32,136 nucleotides of DNA from Utricularia gibba. Lineage: Eukaryota > Plantae > Magnoliophyta. The stretch lies in contig NEEC01000288.1 of NCBI GenBank assembly GCA_002189035.1, forward strand, positions 1 through 32,136. The letters run 5' to 3'. The notes under the pieces are model-generated. The model did not search any database. It was given only the letters and a program-made list of their open reading frames with translations, and was not told the DNA's origin. This document shows, piece by piece, positions 21,801 to 32,136 of the stretch. Each line of letters starts with the position of its first letter. The first letter of the stretch is position 1. A program made the translations under genes and the position numbers.

Positions 21801-24800
21801 CGTGCACCCAACACGGTTTTTTCAACAACACGCTTTATACTTGTGGAGACGCTCTCGGGGGGCACTCGAATCTTCCCATACGTCGTACCAGGCTCGAGCG
21901 TAAAGTCATTGTAGCCCGGCAAAGAAAGTGATGCATTTATTAACTTTGGGTTGTCACGAGCCGCCTAAATGGTTTTCCATGGAACACCTTCTAGTTTTGG
22001 GGGGGAGGGGAGCGGGCGCTGCGCCTCGTCCGGGCCCCGGGAGCCCGGTCCCGTCCGACTCGACGAAAATCGTGATGCATTTGTTGAAGTTAGGATGTCA
22101 CGAGAACCGCACACGGTTTTTTTCAACAACACACTTTATACTTAAGGAGGAGCTCTCGGTGGGGCACCCTGATCGAGCCGGAGGTCGTGCCGAACTCAGG
22201 CCCAAAGTCAGCAGTAGCGCGCCAAAAAAAGTGATGCATTTATTAACGTTGGGTTGTGACGAGACGCGTATATGGTTTTTGAAGGAACACCTCCTCGTAT
22301 TGAGGCGGGCGCTCTCGAGGGGCCCTTGGCCCGGGCCCCGGGTTCGGACGGGCTCATGGGCCCACTCGACGAAAATCATGATGCATTTGTTGAAATTGGG
22401 ATGTCACGTGCACCCCACATTTGTTGAGCGAGGACGGCCAATTTTAGAGACTCGATGGGCCATTCTTCGATCAGCGTCCTACTATCTAGTTCAAACTCAA
22501 AGTCACATTATTCTTGCACAATTTCGTATGAATGAATATGGGATATGATCCGTTGGAAGCCCAAGTGTTAGAGAATTTTACTGAATCTGCTGAGCAAGGG
22601 GTTGTGAGTTCATAACAGCTGTTGAAACCTCTCCAGGGTGGTGTGCGTGGCGTGATGAGCTTTCTACAATGACAAAAAAAATATTTTTATAATCATGTGA
22701 TATATGTTTATTAAAATATAAATAATGTAAATACGTTAGTTATTAAAGCATATACTACATGTGAAAGTTTCTTAGTTTTTAATTTTATTAGCATTCGACC
22801 CTTAGTTATACTTTGGATGGAGTGTGCATTTTTATTTTAATCATTTTAATTAGCATTCGATCCTTGGTTAAGATTCCAATCGAGTGTATATTTTTTATTT
22901 GAACGATTCTATTTGCATTCGATTCTAAGATATGATGCGGATCGAGCGTATATTTTTTATTTTAATATTTTTATTGGCTTTCGGTCTTTAGACATGATTC
23001 GGATCGAGTGGAGATGGTTTACTTGAAACTTGTGTTAACGCTCGATCCTTAGGAGCAATGTGGAGCGTGTTTACATTGCAAGGGCACACGGGCGTGGGTT
23101 GTGCGTAAACCACGCCCGTGTGGCATGGCATTGTAATGTATACACGTTCTAAATTGCTCCTAACGGTGGAACGCTAATTAAGATTTAAAATAAATGAATA
23201 TGCACTCGATCCAAAGTATACCTAAGGATCTAAGGCTAATAAAAATATGAGAGTGAAAAATATACGCTCGATCCGCAGCATACCTAACGTTCGAATGCTA
23301 ATAAAAAATATTAAAATAAAAAATACGCGCTCGATCCGCATTATACTTAAGGATCGAATGATAATAAAAATATTTAAAGTAAAAAAATAGCAAATATGAT
23401 CTGAATCATAACCAAGGATCGAATGCTAATTAAATTGACTAAAGTAAAAATACACACTCCATCCAAAGTACAACTGAGGATCAAATGGTAATAATTAAGT
23501 CAAAGAAGCTTTCACAGTTATCCTACGGTTTAATAAATAATGTATTTCAATTATTTATAATTTAATAAACCTATATCATATGATTATGATTAGAGATGGG
23601 CCTGGGTTGGATCCATTCAGGTTCGGACCCAACCCGATGAAATTCTGGGTATTACAGTTTGCATGACCCATGGGGTTGTCTTTCTGTTCAACCCGAACGG
23701 GTTAAACCCTACGGGTTTTGATTGGGCCCGAACCGAACCAAGGGTTTATCAATTTTATTTTTTATTTTTGGCTTATTGTATTTTATGGTTGTTTTTCTTT
23801 TTTTCCACGGCCGTATGGCCTTGTGGCTGCTGCTCGAGCACGCGGGCATTAACCAAGCCCATGTGGCCTCGTGGTGCTGCTGCGTATGCACACGGGCTGG
23901 GGGTCGCGCCGGGCATGAGCCCAAAGTCAGTTTTAGCCCGGCGAAAAAAGGGATGCATTTCTTAGCGTTGGGTTATCACGAGCCGCCTAATTTTTTTTCG
24001 TGGAACACCATCTAGTTTTGTGGGGGGGCGCTCTCGAGGGGCCCTTGGCTTGGGCCCCGGGTTCGGTCTGGCTGATGAGCCCACTCTGGTCCCACTCGGC
24101 GAAAATCGTGACACATTTGTTGAAATTAGGATGTCACGTGCACCCAACACGGTTTTTTCAACAACACGCTTTATACTTGTGGAGACGCTCTCGGGGGGCA
24201 CTCGAATCTTCCCATACGTCGTACCAGGCTCGAGCGTAAAGTCATTGTAGCCCGGCAAAGAAAGTGATGCATTTATTAACTTTGGGTTGTCACGAGCCGC
24301 CTAAATGGTTTTCCATGGAACACCTTCTAGTTTTGGGGGGGAGGGGAGCGGGCGCTGCGCCTCGTCCGGGCCCCGGGAGCCCGGTCCCGTCCGACTCGAC
24401 GAAAATCGTGATGCATTTGTTGAAGTTAGGATGTCACGAGAACCGCACACGGTTTTTTTCAACAACACACTTTATACTTAAGGAGGAGCTCTCGGGGGGC
24501 CCTGATCGAGCCGGAGGTCGTGCCGAACTCAGGCCCAAAGTCAGCAGTAGCGCGCCAAAAAAAGTGATGCATTTATTAACGTTGGGTTGTGACGAGACGC
24601 GTATATGGTTTTTGAAGGAACACCTCCTCGTATTGAGGCGGGCGCTCTCGAGGGGCCCTTGGCCCGGGCCCCGGGTTCGGACGGGCTCATGGGCCCACTC
24701 GACGAAAATCATGATGCATTTGTTGAAATTGGGATGTCACGTGCACCCCACATTTGTTGAGCGAGGACGGCCAATTTTAGAGACTCGATGGGCCATTCTT

Positions 24801-27800
24801 CGATCAGCGTCCTACTATCTAGTTCAAACTCAAAGTCACATTATTCTTGCACAATTTCGTATGAATGAATATGGGATATGATCCGTTGGAAGCCCAAGTG
24901 TTAGAGAATTTTACTGAATCTGCTGAGCAAGGGGTTGTGAGTTCATAACAGCTGTTGAAACCTCTCCAGGGTGGTGTGCGTGGCGTGATGAGCTTTCTAC
25001 AATGACAAAAAAAATATTTTATAATCATGTGATATATGTTTATTAAAATATAAATAATGTAAATACGTTAGTTATTAAAGCATATACTACATGTGAAAGT
25101 TTCTTAGTTTTTAATTTTATTAGCATTCGACCCTTAGTTATACTTTGGATGGAGTGTGCATTTTTATTTTAATCATTTTAATTAGCATTCGATCCTTGGT
25201 TAAGATTCCAATCGAGTGTATATTTTTTATTTGAACGATTCTATTTGCATTCGATTCTAAGATATGATGCGGATCGAGCGTATATTTTTTATTTTAATAT
25301 TTTTATTGGCTTTCGGTCTTTAGACATGATTCGGATCGAGTGGAGATGGTTTACTTGAAACTTGTGTTAACGCTCGATCCTTAGGAGCAATGTGGAGCGT
25401 GTTTACATTGCAAGGGCACACGGGCGTGGGTTGTGCGTAAACCACGCCCGTGTGGCATGGCATTGTAATGTATACACGTTCTAAATTGCTCCTAACGGTG
25501 GAACGCTAATTAAGATTTAAAATAAATGAATATGCACTCGATCCAAAGTATACCTAAGGATCTAAGGCTAATAAAAATATGAGAGTGAAAAATATACGCT
25601 CGATCCGCAGCATACCTAACGTTCGAATGCTAATAAAAAATATTAAAATAAAAAATACGCGCTCGATCCGCATTATACTTAAGGATCGAATGATAATAAA
25701 AATATTTAAAGTAAAAAAATAGCAAATATGATCTGAATCATAACCAAGGATCGAATGCTAATTAAATTGACTAAAGTAAAAATACACACTCCATCCAAAG
25801 TACAACTGAGGATCAAATGGTAATAATTAAGTCAAAGAAGCTTTCACAGTTATCCTACGGTTTAATAAATAATGTATTTCAATTATTTATAATTTAATAA
25901 ACCTATATCATATGATTATGATTAGAGATGGGCCTGGGTTGGATCCATTCAGGTTCGGACCCAACCCGATGAAATTCTGGGTATTACAGTTTGCATGACC
26001 CATGGGGTTGTCTTTCTGTTCAACCCGAACGGGTTAAACCCTACGGGTTTTGATTGGGCCCGAACCGAACCAAGGGTTTATCAATTTTATTTTTTATTTT
26101 TGGCTTATTGTATTTTATGGTTGTTTTTCTTTTTTTCCACGGCCGTATGGCCTTGTGGCTGCTGCTCGAGCACGCGGGCATTAACCAAGCCCATGTGGCC
26201 TCGTGGTGCTGCTGCGTATGCACACGGGCTGGGGGTCGCGCCGGGCATGAGCCCAAAGTCAGTTTTAGCCCGGCGAAAAAAGGGATGCATTTCTTAGCGT
26301 TGGGTTATCACGAGCCGCCTAATTTTTTTTCGTGGAACACCATCTAGTTTTGTGGGGGGCGCTCTCGAGGGGCCCTTGGCTTGGGCCCCGGGTTCGGTCT
26401 GGCTGATGAGCCCACTCTGGTCCCACTCGGCGAAAATCGTGACACATTTGTTGAAATTAGGATGTCACGTGCACCCAACACGGTTTTTTCAACAACACGC
26501 TTTATACTTGTGGAGACGCTCTCGGGGGGCACTCGAATCTTCCCATACGTCGTACCAGGCTCGAGCGTAAAGTCATTGTAGCCCGGCAAAGAAAGTGATG
26601 CATTTATTAACTTTGGGTTGTCACGAGCCGCCTAAATGGTTTTCCATGGAACACCTTCTAGTTTTGGGGGGAGGGGAGCGGGCGCTGCGCCTCGTCCGGG
26701 CCCCGGGAGCCCGGTCCCGTCCGACTCGACGAAAATCGTGATGCATTTGTTGAAGTTAGGATGTCACGAGAACCGCACACGGTTTTTTTCAACAACACAC
26801 TTTATACTTAAGGAGGAGCTCTCGGTGGGGCACCCTGATCGAGCCGGAGGTCGTGCCGAACTCAGGCCCAAAGTCAGCAGTAGCGCGCCAAAAAAAGTGA
26901 TGCATTTATTAACGTTGGGTTGTGACGAGACGCGTATATGGTTTTTGAAGGAACACCTCCTCGTATTGAGGCGGGCGCTCTCGAGGGGCCCTTGGCCCGG
27001 GCCCCGGGTTCGGACGGGCTCATGGGCCCACTCGACGAAAATCATGATGCATTTGTTGAAATTGGGATGTCACGTGCACCCCACATTTGTTGAGCGAGGA
27101 CGGCCAATTTTAGAGACTCGATGGGCCATTCTTCGATCAGCGTCCTACTATCTAGTTCAAACTCAAAGTCACATTATTCTTGCACAATTTCGTATGAATG
27201 AATATGGGATATGATCCGTTGGAAGCCCAAGTGTTAGAGAATTTTACTGAATCTGCTGAGCAAGGGTTGTGAGTTCATAACAGCTGTTGAAACCTCTCCA
27301 GGGTGTGTGCGTGGCGTGATGAGCTTTCTACAATGACAAAAAAAATATTTTTATAATCATGTGATATATGTTTATTAAAATATAAATAATGTAAATACGT
27401 TAGTTATTAAAGCATATACTACATGTGAAAGTTTCTTAGTTTTTAATTTTATTAGCATTCGACCCTTAGTTATACTTTGGATGGAGTGTGCATTTTTATT
27501 TTAATCATTTTAATTAGCATTCGATCCTTGGTTAAGATTCCAATCGAGTGTATATTTTTTATTTGAACGATTCTATTTGCATTCGATTCTAAGATATGAT
27601 GCGGATCGAGCGTATATTTTTTATTTTAATATTTTTATTGGCTTTCGGTCTTTAGACATGATTCGGATCGAGTGGAGATGGTTTACTTGAAACTTGTGTT
27701 AACGCTCGATCCTTAGGAGCAATGTGGAGCGTGTTTACATTGCAAGGGCACACGGGCGTGGGTTGTGCGTAAACCACGCCCGTGTGGCATGGCATTGTAA

Positions 27801-30800
27801 TGTATACACGTTCTAAATTGCTCCTAACGGTGGAACGCTAATTAAGATTTAAAATAAATGAATATGCACTCGATCCAAAGTATACCTAAGGATCTAAGGC
27901 TAATAAAAATATGAGAGTGAAAAATATACGCTCGATCCGCAGCATACCTAACGTTCGAATGCTAATAAAAAATATTAAAATAAAAAATACGCGCTCGATC
28001 CGCATTATACTTAAGGATCGAATGATAATAAAAATATTTAAAGTAAAAAAATAGCAAATATGATCTGAATCATAACCAAGGATCGAATGCTAATTAAATT
28101 GACTAAAGTAAAAATACACACTCCATCCAAAGTACAACTGAGGATCAAATGGTAATAATTAAGTCAAAGAAGCTTTCACAGTTATCCTACGGTTTAATAA
28201 ATAATGTATTTCAATTATTTATAATTTAATAAACCTATATCATATGATTATGATTAGAGATGGGCCTGGGTTGGATCCATTCAGGTTCGGACCCAACCCG
28301 ATGAAATTCTGGGTATTACAGTTTGCATGACCCATGGGGTTGTCTTTCTGTTCAACCCGAACGGGTTAAACCCTACGGGTTTTGATTGGGCCCGAACCGA
28401 ACCAAGGGTTTATCAATTTTATTTTTTATTTTTGGCTTATTGTATTTTATGGTTGTTTTCTTTTTTTCCACGGCCGTATGGCCTTGTGGCTGCTGCTCGA
28501 GCACGCGGGCATTAACCAAGCCCATGTGGCCTCGTGGTGCTGCTGCGTATGCACACGGGCTGGGGTCGCGCCGGGCATGAGCCCAAAGTCAGTTTTAGCC
28601 CGGCGAAAAAAGGGATGCATTTCTTAGCGTTGGGTTATCACGAGCCGCCTAATTTTTTTTCGTGGAACACCATCTAGTTTTGTGGGGGGGCGCTCTCGAG
28701 GGGCCCTTGGCTTGGGCCCCGGGTTCGGTCTGGCTGATGAGCCCACTCTGGTCCCACTCGGCGAAAATCGTGACACATTTGTTGAAATTAGGATGTCACG
28801 TGCACCCAACACGGTTTTTTCAACAACACGCTTTATACTTGTGGAGACGCTCTCGGGGGGCACTCGAATCTTCCCATACGTCGTACCAGGCTCGAGCGTA
28901 AAGTCATTGTAGCCCGGCAAAGAAAGTGATGCATTTATTAACTTTGGGTTGTCACGAGCCGCCTAAATGGTTTTCCATGGAACACCTTCTAGTTTTGGGG
29001 GGGAGGAGCGGGCGCTGCGCCTCGTCCGGGCCCCGGGAGCCCGGTCCCGTCCGACTCGACGAAAATCGTGATGCATTTGTTGAAGTTAGGATGTCACGAG
29101 AACCGCACACGGTTTTTTTTCAACAACACACTTTATACTTAAGGAGGAGCTCTCGGTGGGGCACCCTGATCGAGCCGGAGGTCGTGCCGAACTCAGGCCC
29201 AAAGTCAGCAGTAGCGCGCCAAAAAAAGTGATGCATTTATTAACGTTGGGTTGTGACGAGACGCGTATATGGTTTTTGAAGGAACACCTCCTCGTATTGA
29301 GGCGGGCGCTCTCGAGGGGCCCTTGGCCCGGGCCCCGGGTTCGGACGGGCTCATGGGCCCACTCGACGAAAATCATGATGCATTTGTTGAAATTGGGATG
29401 TCACGTGCACCCCACATTTGTTGAGCGAGGACGGCCAATTTTAGAGACTCGATGGGCCATTCTTCGATCAGCGTCCTACTATCTAGTTCAAACTCAAAGT
29501 CACATTATTCTTGCACAATTTCGTATGAATGAATATGGGATATGATCCGTTGGAAGCCCAAGTGTTAGAGAATTTTACTGAATCTGCTGAGCAAGGGGTT
29601 GTGAGTTCATAACAGCTGTTGAAACCTCTCCAGGTGGTGTGCGTGGCGTGATGAGCTTTCTACAATGACAAAAAAAAATATTTTTATAATCATGTGATAT
29701 ATGTTTATTAAAATATAAATAATGTAAATACGTTAGTTATTAAAGCATATACTACATGTGAAAGTTTCTTAGTTTTTAATTTTATTAGCATTCGACCCTT
29801 AGTTATACTTTGGATGGAGTGTGCATTTTTATTTTAATCATTTTAATTAGCATTCGATCCTTGGTTAAGATTCCAATCGAGTGTATATTTTTTATTTGAA
29901 CGATTCTATTTGCATTCGATTCTAAGATATGATGCGGATCGAGCGTATATTTTTTATTTTAATATTTTTATTGGCTTTCGGTCTTTAGACATGATTCGGA
30001 TCGAGTGGAGATGGTTTACTTGAAACTTGTGTTAACGCTCGATCCTTAGGAGCAATGTGGAGCGTGTTTACATTGCAAGGGCACACGGGCGTGGGTTGTG
30101 CGTAAACCACGCCGTGTGGCATGGCATTGTAATGTATACACGTTCTAAATTGCTCCTAACGGTGGAACGCTAATTAAGATTTAAAATAAATGAATATGCA
30201 CTCGATCCAAAGTATACCTAAGGATCTAAGGCTAATAAAAATATGAGAGTGAAAAATATACGCTCGATCCGCAGCATACCTAACGTTCGAATGCTAATAA
30301 AAAATATTAAAATAAAAAATACGCGCTCGATCCGCATTATACTTAAGGATCGAATGATAATAAAAATATTTAAAGTAAAAAAATAGCAAATATGATCTGA
30401 ATCATAACCAAGGATCGAATGCTAATTAAATTGACTAAAGTAAAAATACACACTCCATCCAAAGTACAACTGAGGATCAAATGGTAATAATTAAGTCAAA
30501 GAAGCTTTCACAGTTATCCTACGGTTTAATAAATAATGTATTTCAATTATTTATAATTTAATAAACCTATATCATATGATTATGATTAGAGATGGGCCTG
30601 GGTTGGATCCATTCAGGTTCGGACCCAACCCGATGAAATTCTGGGTATTACAGTTTGCATGACCCATGGGGTTGTCTTTCTGTTCAACCCGAACGGGTTA
30701 AACCCTACGGGTTTTGATTGGGCCCGAACCGAACCAAGGGTTTATCAATTTTATTTTTTATTTTTGGCTTATTGTATTTTATGGTTGTCTTTCTTTTTTT

Positions 30801-32136
30801 CCACGGCCGTATGGCCTTGTGGCTGCTGCTCGAGCACGCGGCATTAACCAAGCCCATGTGGCCTCGTGGTGCTGCTGCGTATGCACACGGGCTGGGGGTC
30901 GCGCCGGGCATGAGCCCAAAGTCAGTTTTAGCCCGGCGAAAAAAAGGGATGCATTTCTTAGCGTTGGGTTATCACGAGCCGCCTAATTTTTTTTCGTGGA
31001 ACACCATCTAGTTTTGTGGGGGCGCTCTCGAGGGGCCCTTGGCTTGGGCCCCGGGTTCGGTCTGGCTGATGAGCCCACTCTGGTCCCACTCGGCGAAAAT
31101 CGTGACACATTTGTTGAAATTAGGATGTCACGTGCACCCAACACGGTTTTTTCAACAACACGCTTTATACTTGTGGAGACGCTCTCGGGGGGCACTCGAA
31201 TCTTCCCATACGTCGTACCAGGCTCGAGCGTAAAGTCATTGTAGCCCGGCAAAGAAAGTGATGCATTTATTAACTTTGGGTTGTCACGAGCCGCCTAAAT
31301 GGTTTTCCATGGAACACCTTCTAGTTTTGGGGGGGGAGGGAGCGGGCGCTGCGCCTCGTCCGGGCCCCGGGAGCCCGGTCCCGTCCGACTCGACGAAAAT
31401 CGTGATGCATTTGTTGAAGTTAGGATGTCACGAGAACCGCACACGGTTTTTTTCAACAACACACTTTATACTTAAGGAGGAGCTCTCGGTGGGGCACCCT
31501 GATCGAGCCGGAGGTCGTGCCGAACTCAGGCCCAAAGTCAGCAGTAGCGCGCCAAAAAAAGTGATGCATTTATTAACGTTGGGTTGTGACGAGACGCGTA
31601 TATGGTTTTTGAAGGAACACCTCCTCGTATTGAGGCGGGCGCTCTCGAGGGGCCCTTGGCCCGGGCCCCGGGTTCGGACGGGCTCATGGGCCCACTCGAC
31701 GAAAATCATGATGCATTTGTTGAAATTGGGATGTCACGTGCACCCCACATTTGTTGAGCGAGGACGGCCAATTTTAGAGACTCGATGGGCCATTCTTCGA
31801 TCAGCGTCCTACTATCTAGTTCAAACTCAAAGTCACATTATTCTTGCACAATTTCGTATGAATGAATATGGGATATGATCCGTTGGAAGCCCAAGTGTTA
31901 GAGAATTTTACTGAATCTGCTGAGCAAGGGGTTGTGAGTTCATAACAGCTGTTGAAACCTCTCCAGGGTGGTGTGCGTGGCGTGATGAGCTTTCTACAAT
32001 GACAAAAAAAATATTTTTATAATCATGTGATATATGTTTATTAAAATATAAATAATGTAAATACGTTAGTTATTAAAGCATATACTACATGTGAAAGTTT
32101 CTTAGTTTTTTAATTTTATTAGCATTCGACCCTTAG

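Larger units (their letters stand above)
1..32136. repeat. Tandem macrosatellite-like array, ~2,333-bp monomer, ~13.8 direct copies, open at both window edges
   Basis: The same anchor and ORF sets recur at spacings of 2283, 2314, 2320, 2332, 2335, 2334, 2334, 2335, 2333, 2334, 2332, 2332 and 2332 bp. Copies are near-identical by eye and all in the same orientation. Confidence 0.99.

Noticed and set aside
409-31878. The many 60-206 aa ORFs in the supplied track
   Set aside because: They overlap in several frames and on both strands, recur with the DNA repeat, change frame with homopolymer length and show no recognisable domain (no transposase, RT, integrase or Rep motifs). Not called as CDS.
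1-32136. 5S or 45S rDNA array
   Set aside because: I found no recognisable 5S, 5.8S, 18S or 25S sequence on either strand and no TATATAGGG-type Pol I start motif. An IGS origin for the subrepeats remains only a hypothesis.
1-32136. Concatemer of a geminivirus, nanovirus or satellite circle
   Set aside because: No TAATATTAC or TAGTATTAC nonanucleotide in a stem-loop and no Rep or capsid ORF were seen. Block-wise variants also suggest distinct copies.

Overview
The whole window is one head-to-tail tandem array of a ~2,333-bp monomer (about 13.8 copies). Anchor TAGAGATGGG starts at 337, 2620 (degenerate), 4934, 7254, 9586, 11921, 14255, 16589, 18924, 21257, 23591, 25923, 28255 and 30587. I see no credible protein, rRNA or tRNA gene. 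The motif content looks plant-like, which is an inference. Each monomer is a nested mosaic: (i) a ~900-bp AT-rich imperfect palindrome whose arms hold 4 and 5 copies of a ~62-bp module and meet in a 115-nt hairpin; (ii) ~155 bp of small hairpins with a hAT-like first 10 bp, a telo-box and site II motifs; (iii) a T-rich tract and a 48-bp-offset duplication; (iv) a GC-rich block of six 144-159-bp A/B subrepeats; (v) ~260 bp of unique sequence. The most interesting reading is 'inside-out'. The palindrome centre may be the junction between adjacent copies of a non-autonomous foldback/MULE-like element with ~410-480-bp modular TIRs and ~1.44 kb of cargo, amplified as a concatemer. Linked variants form blocks along the array. 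The leftmost copies carry extra indels that may be sequencing or consensus errors.
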